Shown here one piece after another: positions 34,391 to 49,048 of a stretch of 64,000 nt of DNA (position 1 is the first letter of the stretch; the number at the start of each line of letters is the position of its first letter). The translations under genes were made by a program, and so were the position numbers. The stretch lies in contig NC_043005.1 of the NCBI RefSeq assembly GCF_006345805.1, positions 2,170,001 through 2,234,000 of the forward strand, written 5' to 3'. The notes beneath the pieces are model-generated. The model worked only from the letters and a program-made list of their open reading frames with translations, had not been told where the DNA came from and made no database searches. This DNA is from Octopus sinensis. Lineage: Eukaryota.

Positions 34391-35211
34391 TATACATATA
34401 ACCGATTATCTATCTGTCTCTCTCTCTCTCTTTCTCTCACTATCTGTCTATCAATATATATACATGTATGTGTGTCTGTCTGTCTGTCTTCTGTCTGTTT
34501 ATGCGTGTGTGTATTGAAATGCATGTAAAAGAAGATGGTAGATCTACGGTGCTGATTGACAAATTATTAAAATGCAAATGCTTTATGTTATTTAAACCGG
34601 ATTCCTACACTCTGAGTTCAAATCCTAACGAAGTCAGCTCTTCCTTTCATTTGGTGTTATGAAGCCATCTGTGACACGCATTAAGCCTCTGTGTATTTCG
34701 TACCCCAAGGATTGGTCCTACCTTCATCATACTTCTTTCCTCTATATCCTTAACCCACTTTCCCATTCTTCTCTCCATTCTATACTTTTCACACTGAACT
34801 ACCAAGCTGGCCACTGCATTCATGCCGTCTACATCAAGCTTCATTGATGTATCACTCATCTCTCTCTCTCTCTCTCCCCTCTTTCTCAAACCTCAATTTA
34901 CTCACTAAACTCTTTAAATAACCATTCCTCTCATACAATTTCTTGGAATTTTATCGTACCAAAATTTTTTCTTGCTGTCATCAAACCCCAACAGCATTGT
35001 CCTTACACACTTGAGGGGTCCAGAAATGAGCATGGTTCCTTGCCACAACGATCAAATAATAAGTACAGCTAGCTGTATACATATTCACACACACAGAGCA
35101 GACAGCCACACAATCACACTCACATATACACAGTCACAGAAACCCATATAGGGTTTCACTCACGTAATAAAAAATACTCATATTTGACTAGATTTAGCAT
35201 GCGGAAATAGA

Positions 35212-35530
35212 ACTGGTCCTCCGTCGGTTACGATGACGAACGTTCCAGCTGATCGATCAACTGAACAGCCTGCTCTTGAAATTAACGCGCAAATGGTTGA
35301 GCACTGCACAAACAAACGGACCCTTCATGTAGTTCTCAGGGAGATTCAGCATGACAGAGGATGTATCAAGGCTGGCCCTTTGAACTATAGACACAACTTA
35401 TTTTTGCCAGCTGAGTGGACTGGAGCAACGTGAAATAAAACATCTTGCCCAAGGCATATCGCGCCGCCAGGTATCGAACTGACAACTTTGCGATTGCGAG
35501 CCGAATGCCCTAACCACTTAGCCACACGAA
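35212..35530 (-). mobile_element. SINE family C
   Basis: Minus-strand head GTGTGGCTAAGTGGTTAGGGC...GTTCGATACC. Body matches 38994-39322. Confidence 0.85.
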
Positions 35531-36365
35531 AATAAGATCTTCGTAACACATATCGAAATACCCAGAGCCAGACATTAAAGGATCGTGGCCCAGCGCTTGT
35601 GTTGCTGATAGGAAGAGGCTGACAGAGCTTAAAATATGCAGGTATCAATATCGTTTATGATATTGATACCGTAACACAAATCTAAATACATAGAATACGA
35701 AAAAAAGAAAAGCAAACAAAACAATAAATCCTAAAAGCGAAGTCTCTTGTTATTTGGTTAATCTGAATGTTTCTGTGTTGTAAATAACTACACAAAAACA
35801 GTTTGCATCACAAGAGTTGGCTGTTAAAATCCTTCAAAATCATCGTAAGAGATGGGTTTTGATAAATTCAATGTTCAAAGAAATTTCTTAGATTTTCTAG
35901 AAATATATCATGCGTAAATGATTGAGATAAGATTCAATGAAGAAGACAAAATGATATCACCTGAACCAGAGGTTTGATATATTAAATATCTCATGATAAA
36001 ATCTATCTAAGCACAAAATATCACTTTCATCACACATCTCAAATAGCATGAAGCCGACACAAGTGCACGTTTCTCACAGGAATTTACTTTCAAACTGAAG
36101 AAGAATATAGTATTGCCGTCATCAGCAGTTGTGTAACAATGAACGCTGGAACAGTATGTAGCTGAGAATATACGGGAGTGGGGGAGATGAGGGGAAGTTA
36201 TGAGACAAAGAAACAAACATCTTTTATAAGTGAATGTCTGCGTTGTAAAGAATTTTAGAGAAACAACTTAAAAGACAAAAATTTACTGTAAACCAAAATA
36301 AGGGAAAATTAAGTAACGAGATTAGATAAAAATTACAGCTTAGGTATGACAAGAAATATTAATTA

Positions 36366-36752
36366 CTAGCAGTATCGCCCGGCGTTGCTCGGGTTTTTTT
36401 CGACCCTTTAGAATTGGAATTTTTGAAAAGTAAAAATTTTGCATTATGTAGCTTGTTATTCTCTTTAAGTGAACATTTTTCCAGTTGAAATACACCGAAA
36501 AATGGTGACACAGCAGTCAAACATCGTAAAAAAATAGGGATTTTCATAGAAAAAAAGCACCTTTTTGATGTAAATAATTTTTGTGTTAACATGGTCCGAT
36601 TTGAATTTTATCTTCTACAGAATGAAGAGTAAGCCTTCTTCTATCATACTCTCAATTTTGGTCAACTTGTGCTGCAGGGTCTCGAAGGAGATAGTGTTAG
36701 TTGAAGGCTACCAAACCTGCCACACAGACAACTTCAGCTTTATATATATAGA
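36366..36752 (-). mobile_element. Complete 387-bp non-autonomous Helitron
   Basis: A|TCTATATATATAAAG 5' end, subterminal hairpin CCCGAGCAACGCCGGG, CTAG|T 3' end, inserted at an A/T dinucleotide. Confidence 0.85.
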
Positions 36753-36754
36753 TT

Positions 36755-37438
36755 TGCTACACACTACTTTCCATCCTTAATAATGAAACTTGGTAGATCC
36801 AAAAGTTAAACACACAGACACACACATAGATACACATACAGACACACATGTTGAGTCTTATATATATAGATTTCTCAACGGGGATTTCAGGGGAGAGTTT
36901 CAGGGAGTTGCCTGCTAAAATTTGGTTAAAGTGATTCAAACTGCAGACTCAACGCAAAATGGTCACATTTAATTCAAAGCGTTAAAAATGTTATGAAAAC
37001 AATTGGTATGTGTTCACAAAGTCCAAACGATTAATACGAAAAAACCCTCCAGGCTACATCCCGAAAATTCATTTCTTTGCCAATTTCTACGATGTTTATG
37101 GCGATTCGTTTTTATATTTTTATTTTTTATTTTTCATGCAATTTACGCATGCTTGCACGTGTTGTGAACACAGTTCACGTCAAACAACTGACTGAGTAAA
37201 GTTCACTATTCAATGCATGGGATAAGGCCTAAACAAACACATTATCGATTTTTGCACTTACGAGATGAATTTCGGAACAGAAATAGCGCAGTTCAGTTTT
37301 CATTCGCCTAAATTTTAAGAGACCCATTTTTGGTGGTTCTACGATTTGTTTGCTAGGAGGAGATGTGCCGGGAAGTTAAACACAGACACACACACAGATA
37401 TACACACAGACACACAAGTTGAGTTTTATATATATAGA
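36755..37438 (-). mobile_element. Two further Helitron-type 5' segments (5' ends at 36870 and 37438) with no 3' CTAG end of their own
   Basis: A|TCTATATATATAA(G/A)ACTCAAC.TGTGTGTCTG...TTAACTT occurs twice. Confidence 0.65.
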
Positions 37439-37454
37439 TGTGTGTCTGTGTAAG

Positions 37455-37830
37455 CGCAGTCGAGGCGGTGAGGTAAGAAGCTTGATCTCCAACTGCATGG
37501 TTCCGGGTTCAGTCTCACCGCGTGGCACCTTGGGCAAGTGTTGCCTATTATAGCCTTGCGCCGACCAAAGTCTTGTGAGGAGATGGAAACTAAAATAAAG
37601 CCCTTGTATATATTTATCTAAGGGTGTGTTTTGTCTGTGTTTGTCTCCCACCACGGCTTGACAACCGTTGCTGGTGTATTTACGTCCCCGTAACTCAGCG
37701 GTTCGGCCAAAGAAACCGATAGATTAAGTACCAGACTTAAAAACAAAAGAAAAGCACGGGGTTGAGTTGTTCGACTAAATCTTTCAAGGTAGTGCTCCAG
37801 CATGGCCAATGACAAAGAAGGAAAATGTAA
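37455..37830 (+). mobile_element. SINE family A, older copy
   Basis: GGTTCCGGGTTCAGTC..GCGTGGCACCTTGGGCAAGTG...GGTAGTGCTCCAGCATGGCC. Confidence 0.85.
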
Positions 37831-37833
37831 AAG

Positions 37834-37904
<71 letters not shown>

Positions 37905-37998
37905 GATCTCTGTCTCTCTGTCTCTCTCTATCTATCTATCTACCTCTGTCTATCTATCCATCTATCTATCTATCTCTCTATCTCTCTATCTCTCTCTA

Positions 37999-38062
<64 letters not shown>

Positions 38063-38993
38063 AATGCATAGACACACGCGCGCGCACACACATATTACCT
38101 TTATTAGTGGAATGGTTCCCTTATTCTTACTTTTTTAACCTTTGTCTTGGTTTATTGGTTTTCCGTTTTTCTATTTTTCTGCTTAAATCCCACCAAAAAA
38201 ACTATTCCTTTCGTTTCCATGGTAATTTCCTTCTAATTTCTATGCTGTCCTCACAATTGTTCTATAGATAACTGAAATACTACCCATAATTCCCACCGAT
38301 ATTTCTGGAGTTGGAATTGATGTCCAATATCTTCATTTATCGTAGATGAATCGGGAAGTAACCCATTGCTGCTAAATTCTAACCATTTCAGGAACATTCC
38401 ATCCACGAATTCTTTCATATTTCTCTCTTTACTTACATTTTCTGTTTACCTATCGTTATTCAATCATTTCGTTATTCAATCTTTTTATCGATCTTCTATC
38501 GCTCGATAATCTTGTGTTATCCATTTCTTGTTTTATATTATGGCTATAATTGAGCAGAAACCTTTCTCTCGAGTTTTTTATTTTTATTTTCCAGAACAAA
38601 TTGCCGATAAACCTTAAATGTTGTTTATTTCACTCCAACAAATCTGGTCACATATTCTTGTCAACTCATTTTATGTTTTTCTCACAACCATTATCAGGAC
38701 AATGTGTGTCTGTTTATGTTTCGCACTGTTTACCTGGTTAGATATTTATCCAAGTTGTATTCCTACAGCTTTCCATTTTGTTATTCAGCATCATTGCTAA
38801 TTTTATTGGAGCTATATTTAAATTGTCTTTTATTCCTGTCTTAAATATTCTGTCCTTCAATATTGTTGTCCTCTAAAGAATATATGGATCACCTAGAGGA
38901 GTAAAAAGTAGAGATCAGGGTTAGATTTTATTCAGCTCCAGCTTCTCATAACTAAAAACATAGTGTTTGGCAATTCCTAGACATACAAATACG

Positions 38994-39322
38994 AGGCGCA
39001 TAGCTTAGTGGTTAGCGTGTTCGGCTACCTTCGTGAAGTTGTGGGTTCGATTGTTGGCGGTACATTTTGTCCTTCAGCAATACACTGCTGCTCTACGTGG
39101 CTCTAGTTCTCTCAGCTGGCAAAAATGAGTTATACCAGTAATTCAAAGGGCCAGCTTTGTCACATTTTGTGTCACACTGAATCTCTCCGAGAACTACGTT
39201 AAAGGTACACGTGTCTGTGGAGTGTTCAGCCACTTGCACGTTAATTTCACGAGCTGGCTGTTCCGTTGATCGGATTAACTGGAAGACTCGTCGTCGTCGT
39301 AACTGACGGAGGACCAGAGACA
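38994..39322 (+). mobile_element. SINE family C
   Basis: GGCGCATAGCTTAGTGGTTAGC (A box), GGTTCGATT (B box). Confidence 0.85.
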
Positions 39323-39645
39323 TAGTTTCCTATGTCTCTGGCATAGTCCACTCTGCTTGGGAATATTTAGGATGTCGTTCTCTTTCAAACAATGGTCTCG
39401 TATTCCTTATCGGTATTTACTTCGTTAGTTGAAAGTCTCAGTATTTACCATATTCCTAAAGTGGAAGTTAAGCATTCCGCGTTTAGATTTCTCGTTCAAT
39501 TGTAAAGTTGATGTTTGGCAGAATTCACAGACTTTTACTGAAATGGTTTTCTTACCGGAAGTCTCACATAGCAAACAATTCATCTGAATCACCTAACGAC
39601 TTTCAATTACAAGGGGTCGCTATTATTGGTTCCTGATCCCAAAGG

Positions 39646-39679
<34 letters not shown>

Positions 39680-39805
39680 TATTATTGTATAACTTCTCAG
39701 AGCGCGCGATCATGTTTGCTATAGTAGATTCTGTGAGAGTGGACAGCAGCCTGCTGTCAGAGGTATTATCATTATCATTACCATTACCATTATAATCATT
39801 ATCAT

Positions 39806-40277
39806 TATTGAGTGAGAGAGCAGTGCATGCCGACAAAATGACACTGGGGTAAAATATACGAAGCCCAGTAATACCCATCATGACTACCCATCTGATAAGG
39901 GTACACCAGGCACATGCATCAACAACCATGTGTGTGCGACATGGTGATCTCATATCAAGATAAACAGCGCATGACCTTGCGGGTGGGGCCCAGTTAGAAT
40001 GTTCTTCTGGTCGAGTAGCCCATCCTGCTCAAAAGGTCCCTGAATATGGGCTGTTTAAGGATGTTGAACGAACCACCCATGTTTCCAGAGGTGAATTATC
40101 CAAACCTCTAAGAATTCCTTTCAGCACATGGCTATGATGCTCCTCTACTACTTCTGCTCGTGATCAGAGATGCACATATCGTCACCCACTAAGGGACATG
40201 CTCAACCGGTTAAGGTCAAACAACTGACATGCAAATCTGTGGTATTGAGCAGAATATTCGCTGTAGCCCATCTTTTA
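39806..40277. mobile_element. About 470-bp non-coding interspersed repeat, copy 2
   Basis: Collinear with 12147-12615, flanked by (ATT)n on both sides. Confidence 0.85.
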
Positions 40278-40297
40278 TACCAAACAATGTACATGAT

Positions 40298-40640
<343 letters not shown>

Positions 40641-41028
40641 AAGCTATAATGATTGTAAAATCCCACATATAACCGAAGGGAAATTGTTGTTCATATGCGA
40701 AAGAGTGTCTCTGTATGGGGTTCGACAAGAAGCAGCAGACATTACCGAGTTTTATACGTTTACGCACGGCCATGCATAAAAGTCGAGATTAGAACAGCTT
40801 GCAAATACTGAGTCCAGTTACGTTGCTGCCCACGTCACTTTAACAGAGCGACCGGCATGCCGAACACACTCCTCACAAATTAGCATTTACACATGGGTAT
40901 ACATGAGTATATAGGCATGCATGTACATACATACATACATACATACATACATACATACATTTATGTGTATATATATATATATATATATACACATACATAT
41001 ATAAGTATGTTTATGTATATGTATATAT

Positions 41029-41084
<56 letters not shown>

Positions 41085-41419
41085 ATTTATGTATGTGTGT
41101 GTGTGTGTGTGTGTGTGTGGTTGTGCACAGGCCGATGCGTAATTAGGTTCGTATATGTATGCGTCTACGTATGCTCATATGTATGCTAGGATGTAATTGT
41201 GTAAGACGACGAGTGAGAAATAGTATTGGAGGAATGCGTGTGTGCGCCGGTCTCATGTTGTGGATACGAACACAACCCTTTCGAACCTTCCTTTGCTTCA
41301 CACATCTCTCTACGTAATTCCGTGTGTGTGTTTAGATGAATACGTATCAATTAGAAAGAGAAGCTTCATAGTTTCTTCTTTGCCTGCGTGTTCTTTGAGA
41401 CACACTCCCACATACACGT

Positions 41420-42070
41420 ACATGCATACATACATACATATAGTATGAATGTATATATGTATATATGTATGTGTATGTATGTATGTAAATATGTATGTCT
41501 GTATGTACGTATTATGTATGTATATATGCATGCATGTATGTATGTATGTATGTATGTATGTATGTATGTATGTATGTATGTATGTATGTGTGTATGTATG
41601 TATGTATGTATGTATGTATGTATGTGTGTGTGTATGTATGTGTGTATGTATGTATGTATGTGTGTATGTATGTATGTATGTATGTATGTGTGTATGTATG
41701 TATGTATGCATGCATGCATGTATGTATGTATGTGTGTATGTATGTATGTATGTATGTATGTGTGTATGTATGTATGTATGTATGTATGTGTGTATGTATG
41801 TATGTATGCATGCATGCATGTATGTATGTGTGTGTGTATGTATGTGTGTATGTATGTATGTATGTATGTATGTGTGTATGTATGTATGTATGTATGTATG
41901 TATGTATGTATGTGCATATGTATGTATGTATGTGTGTATGTATGTATGTATGCATGCATGCATGTATGTATGTGTGTGTGTATGTATGTGTGTATGTATG
42001 TATGAATGTATGTATGTGTGTGTGTATGTATGTATGCATGCATGTATGTATGTATGTGTGTATGTATTAT
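41420..42070. repeat. About 650-bp (TATG)n array with TGCA/TG interruptions
   Basis: Direct reading. Confidence 0.95.
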
Positions 42071-42071
42071 A

Positions 42072-42185
42072 TGCGCAGATTTGTATTTGTACACATTGGA
42101 TATGCATATACTTGCGAATATACAAACGCTCATATATATTTAAATGATAAACTTCTGGAAGTTTTACAGATTTTTACAGTTTTAG
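42072..42185 (-). mobile_element. 3'-terminal remnant of the R4-like family seen at 50720-51330
   Basis: GCAGATTTGTAT...GCTCATA.ATATTTAAATGATAAACTTCTGGAA..TTTTACAGATTT shared with 50722-50815. Confidence 0.7.
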
Positions 42186-42251
42186 ACACACACACAAACA
42201 CGCACATATATTTACATATATCTGTATATGTGTGTGTATGTGAATATATAC

Positions 42252-42290
<39 letters not shown>

Positions 42291-42589
42291 GTGTATGTCT
42301 TTGTGTCTGTGTGTCTGTGTGTCTGTGTGCAGGCGTGCAGATCTTTGGTTAAGGCGCTCTGTTCATGATCGCAAGATTGTGGTTTCGATTGCAAGCGCCA
42401 GCGATACGTATTGTGGAGCAAACACTTAATTTCTCCTTACCCCAGGCCAGAGAGCTGGCAACAATGCGCAACCCCGCGACGGACCGCGCCCCGTCCAGAA
42501 GGAGAAAAAGCGGCCATAAGAGGCTATGACTGGGAAAGGATTTTTCAACCTTTTGATATAGACTTAGAACATAATCCTACCACAATTGT

Positions 42590-42835
42590 CATAAACTTAT
42601 ATTTGTCTTTATTGCCCACAGGGAGCTAAACATAGAGGGGACAAACAAGGACAGACAAAGGGATTAAGTAGATTACATTGAACCCAGTGCATAACTGGTA
42701 CTTATTTAATCGAGCACGAAAGGATGAAAAGCAAAATCGACCTCGGCGGAATTAGAACTCAAAACGTAACGGTAGACGAAAACCGCAAATTATTTCGCCC
42801 AGCGTGCTAACGATTCTGCCAGCTCGCCGCCTTTA
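42590..42835 (-). mobile_element. SINE family B
   Basis: Same body and head as 31950-32190. Confidence 0.85.
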
Positions 42836-42949
42836 TCGTTATAAACTTATATGACACTTATCAGTCGTACCGATATATAAACCTATGTGGTGTGTATATT
42901 CTTCAAGAACAGTTTAAAAGACTATTTCAGACATACAGTGAGCATACAA

Positions 42950-43639
42950 TCGAGGAAATACGCAATAGCAACCGAAAACGTTCTCTGTGAGACAAACCCG
43001 TTGTAGCTCAGACTTTCGCCGCTTGAAGCCGCTTGATGTAATCTTCAGGCATCAGTCTGCCGAACGGCGTCATCAGGTGGGGGGTCTTACTGCCACGTGA
43101 TGCATCTTTGTTTTGCAACGTTTCTCTCCTGTTTGTCGATTTTTGCGTTGGCTGAAAAGGATTTCCGTGAAATTCTGTTTTCTGTTGGGGAAAACGGCAG
43201 CCAAAACAGTTGTCATGCTTCTAACAATTTACAAGGACACTGCCATGCGCAAAACACAAGTTTACGAGTGGTTTCCACGCTTCGGGAATGGTAACTTGTC
43301 ATTTGAAGACCAATGTCGCTCAGGGTGACTGTCGACCTCTCGAACGAATGAAAACATCACAAAAATTCATGAACTGGTCTTGGAAGACCGTCACCGATCA
43401 ATTGACGGACTTACGGATATGACTGATGTATCCTGGGACTGCTGCCAACAAATTTTGTGCGAGGAATTGCGAATGAAAAGTGTTGCAGCAAATTTTGTGT
43501 CTCGCTTGCTCGCGGAAGATTAGAAGCAGACACGACTGAATGAGTGCCGTAAAGAGAAAGAACAGCCGGAAGTTGATCCGGACCTTTTTTTGGAAGGTCA
43601 TCACTGGTGACGAAAACTGGTGCTACGGAATTTGCAGAT
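42950..43639 (+). mobile_element. Internally deleted mariner, copy 2 (3' end replaced by a SINE)
   Basis: Nearly identical to the reverse complement of 24950-25630, including the TACGGA|ATTTGCAGAT deletion junction. Confidence 0.88.
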
Positions 43640-43852
43640 TGTGGCACAAATTTTGGCACAAAGCCAGCAATTTTGGGGAGGGGCTAAGTCAATTACATCG
43701 ACCCCGCAGTGCTCAACTGGTACTATTTCATCGACCTCAAAGGATGAAAAGCGGCGTTAACCCCAGCAAAATTTGAACTCAGAATGTAAAGACGGACGAA
43801 ACGCCGCTAAGCATTGGGTCCGGCGTACTAACGATTCTGCCAGCTCGCCACT
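43640..43852 (-). mobile_element. SINE family B
   Basis: TTTTGGCACAAAGCCAGC...CTGCCAGCTCGCC. Confidence 0.85.
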
Positions 43853-45791
43853 TTACGCACACATATATATTCACAAGCACATATACACATACACACAGGC
43901 ACACTCATTCATCGAAGCACATGTATATAAACATACTCACCAACGCGTATGTGTACAAATACACACACAATGTTCATATTTACCAGAACGTTTTTGTAAT
44001 CATTCAATAGGAGTGACAACATGGATTATGACCCTTTGCAAGGCGTCCAAGTGTGGTGGAGAAGGAGAGGACGATATCCTCATACGAAGGGTCAGGCCCA
44101 GATACTTGCAACAGATAAGTCACCATAAATCCCCGCTCCGCCCATTAAGCAGGGGCTACGTGGCAGTATTATACTGGGATATGGAACTAAAAACGTCAAA
44201 AATCGAAGCAAATACGGGGACGATTTCTGTTCAGACGGTTTTACAGTTCCGCAAAACAACCGGTCCTCGATTTCTTTTGCTGATTTCAACCTCGGAAGGA
44301 TGAAGGGCAACGTTGAAAATTGAAATCATCACAGCACAGAGAAGTGGAACAAATGCAACAAGGTATTTTAGTTGACGATTTAGTAATTTAGTAATTAGTT
44401 AAATTGCATGAAATATACACCGGCTGTAGAAGATTCCCCATACATGGAATATACAACACATATACTTATGAATTGTTGGGAAAGAAACGTCAAAGCTTGC
44501 AGAGATGGATGTGAAGTGTGTAGGAAATCAATAGAGAGACACTTTCGAAGGAAACACATATATACAGCATACAGAGAATACATAGCACATGCAGTATATA
44601 TATATAGAGCATAGATACAGGGATATAATACAATATGTAACATACACACATGCAACATAGAGAGTATGTACAACATAATACACAAAACATACTGTAAACA
44701 TCATACATAGAATACTTGAGAATGAAATAACCATACATGAACACACGATGCATATGTAAACTTTTATACTCTGCACAAACGAACGAACACACTATATACG
44801 CACATAAAATCTGTGTATATCCGTACACATCTAGAATACATATATTCACACTCATACACGATGTCCCTCGGTATAAATGCGATGCCCACACACAATGTAG
44901 AAATACACACAAACCTCTGTGTTTAACCTTTGTAATGTTTTTCTTTATTTGTCCACTAAACATGGACAAGCATAAATAGGGATGAAATCAGATGAAACAG
45001 CCGACGCGATATGAATTATGCGTAATGTATTATCTGTTTGAGGCCAATAGAAATTATTTACACACACTCTGATAAACAAACGTGTCAAACTTCAGTTTTT
45101 GTATCGGAAAAATAACCCAGCTCCGTATTAATGAATCACGCATGCGCAGCTAGACCAGCCATCCCTGACCAGATTCTGATCACGTGTTTTAGACTGAATT
45201 TGACTAGAATCGGTTCATGAAGAATTTCGAATTAATGAGATTTTGATATTTCAAGATATCAATTCTCGTGTAATATTCTTCGTGGTTTTTTAATTTGAGC
45301 ATTTTTTTGTTTTGTGCTGACAGAGTGTTGTAAGAGTCCAGCATGAGAAGGAAACAGAAGCAAAATGATATTAGCAACGAAGTGTCTAGATATGTGTGTA
45401 TATGGCTGTGGCTCTGTGGTAAGAAGCTTGCTTCTCAACCAATGGTTTCGGGTTCACTCCCACTGCGTGACATCTTGGGCAAGTTTCTTCTATTATAGCC
45501 CCGGGCCGATCAAAGCCTTCTGAGTGGATTTGGTAGATGGACACTGAAAGTAGCCTGTCATATATATGCATGTATACGTATTTATGTATATGCGTGTGCG
45601 TGCGTGTCTGTGTGTATGTATATATGTATGTAAGTGTCCACAACTAAGACTGTACTGTTCAATCTAGCGCAGATTAAAATACAGAGTCAATTGTCAACTT
45701 TGATACACAATAAATACAAATATATGTCCCTATTCAGCTTATATGTGTGTATGTATATATGTATATATACATCTATATATGTATATATATA

Positions 45792-45848
<57 letters not shown>

Positions 45849-45869
45849 ATATATATGTATGTATATACT

Positions 45870-46626
<757 letters not shown>

Positions 46627-46633
46627 TGTATAT

Positions 46634-46749
<116 letters not shown>

Positions 46750-46769
46750 CAAAATCCTTTCTGTGTGTC

Positions 46770-48640
46770 TTCTAGGATCTCGGGCATCCTCCATCTGGTT
46801 GCGCTCAAATTTGATTTGTAGATACCGACGGTATCAGGGCGTGTATAAGTCTTGAAAAAATTGCAAAAATCGATTCCAGGTGAGAATGTGTGTGTGTCAC
46901 TCGTAATAGGAATAATGATTTCAATTCTAATAGTGCCAGCAACCCTGTACATAAAATAAATTCTTTACGGACTAGGGGAGGTAAGCGCCATGCAACCCCA
47001 AATTTCCAACCCAGAAATTTTACCCTTACTATCACAAACAACACTAAGAACAATTCAAAGGCCACAAAAAACTGTATCTGGTTTGTAATACCTTTCGGAA
47101 AACAAATTAAATCGAACCTTCCCTTATAGTTTCGTGAAGCCGTTGCTAGGAACTTTCCCAGAAATTCTAGATATCATTCTATTATCAATTCCCACAAGGT
47201 CAGAATAGCTTTCTCTAACACTAGGAATCTTTCACAAATTATATCTTCCCACAATACCAAGCTGCTAAACAAAGATTCTTCACCCGGGAGTTCCAACACT
47301 TATCTTGCTAATTCTAACCCATCATACAATCATAATAATAGGAATAGTATTAATAGTAGCAGCATTAGTAGCAGCGAAAGTGTTAACAATGATAATATTA
47401 ATAATAGTATTAGTCGTGTTAATAACAATGGTAGTGTTGATGGTAACAACAATAACGGTATTATTGTCGGTGGTATTACTGGTTGTAATACCATTAATAA
47501 TACTAATAATAATAGAAATAGTGTAGTTGGTAGCGCTAATAATAATAGTAACAACAATCATAACAATAAAAACTTCGTCTCGATCTCGGAGGACAACCCC
47601 AACAGAATAAAATTTTTGTCTAGTAATTCTAAGATTAAGAATTCTATTTACCAGTGTATAATTTCTTCTGGTACCGATGTCTTCTTCTATATAGGAGCGT
47701 CCACTTCCCAGTCATCCAAGAGAATTTCAAACCACTACTCAACATTCAGGGATAGTAAAAAACGACATAGCACAGGGCTAAGTAAATTAGTTTGGCGTCT
47801 TAAAGACAACAATATAACTTTCAAGTTAGATTGGTTCATACTGTCTGTATCCTTTCCTTTTGATAAGGGCAGGAATTTTGTAACATTTGTAACTCTGAAC
47901 TCTTCCATATTCTTTTCGCTAAGGTTCCCCTAGTAAACACACTCATAGAAAAATCGTACAAATGTAAACACTGGCAGAAACACACTTTCTACTCATATAA
48001 AGGATAACGATAGTCACTGTGGTTTGAACAATTAGCTTTACATCCACCCCACTGCTATAGAGAAATTCTTTCCTAAGCCTTCGAACATTCTTTCAATCAA
48101 CTTGTTCCCTACCTATTATTCCTTTATACCTTCTCTTCCTACTATCTATCTTTGACGTCTGTCTCTCTCTCACACACACAATCACATACTGTTCCCTACC
48201 TATTATTACTTTATCCCTTCTCTTCCGACTATCTATTTTTGACGTCAATTCTTCTAACGGTCTTTTTAAAAAAACACTCATTATCGCTTTGTTTACGATG
48301 TAGGCAATCATCGAAATTTTTGTTTGTCTTGTTGTCGAGAGAGGCTCCTTTTCTTTCCTGATGAGAAGATTGCATAATGCACCCTTTATTCCTTTGGAAT
48401 GAAAACATGCTGTCTTCGAAACATGTGTCGAGAGTAAAGGAATTTTGTTAACATCTTCGTTCGACTCCTTTCATTTATTCATATACAACACACAAATTTC
48501 TACACATGAACCCGGAGTTTCTACCCTTGACAGGTCGTTTCAACCGTGTTTTCTGACGTGAATTTGCTACCTAGGTTTCGGTTAAACGAATTTTCCATGC
48601 TGACGATAAACATGGGATAATTCATTCACCTACCTATATA
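46770..48640 (+). mobile_element. Penelope-like element 3' part (linker, GIY-YIG, pLTR with hammerhead), flanked by (TA)n
   Basis: One frame from 46890 to about 47880 with a single TAG: CIWFVIPFG...RNFP...RNLSQIISSHNTKLL...IYQC...FYIGAST...RISNHYSTF...LSKLVWRLK. After a frameshift: CNICNSE...CKHW. Confidence 0.88.
48346..48441 (+). ncRNA. Type I hammerhead ribozyme, fully canonical, predicted cleavage after GUC (48429/48430)
   Basis: Stem I 48346-48357 pairs with 48430-48441 (11 of 12 bp, one U-U). CTGATGA 48358-48364. Stem II GAAGAT.GCAT/ATGC.GTCTTC. GAAA 48418-48421. Stem III AC-ATGT-GT. C48429. Confidence 0.9.
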
Positions 48641-48659
48641 TATATATAAATATATATAT

Positions 48660-48962
48660 ATATCACATGATCACGTGACCGACCACACCATCAGATGCTG
48701 CTACACTTCGCTGGTCACAATGCGTTCGTATTGTTTTTAGCCTTCGAATGACGCCACCCCGCTGGCTAAGCGAGCAGGCCAACAGAAGAAAGAGTGAGAG
48801 AGGGTGGTGAAAGAGTACAGCAGGGATCACCACCCCCTGCTGGAGTTTTGTGGAGCTTTTAGGTGTTTTCGTTCAATAAACACACACAACGCCCGGTCTG
48901 GGGAACGAAACCGCGATTCTACGACCGCGAGTCCGTTGACCTAACCACTGGGCAATTGCACC
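48660..48962 (-). mobile_element. SINE family D
   Basis: Minus-strand head TGCCCAGTGGTTAGG...GGTTTCGTTCCCC, (TA)n tail. Confidence 0.8.
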
Positions 48963-48975
48963 CCCCCATATATAT

Positions 48976-49048
<73 letters not shown>

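Noticed and set aside
36060-36135. CTGATGA...GAAAG/GAAAC on the minus strand
   Set aside because: No stem II, and the candidate cleavage positions are G.
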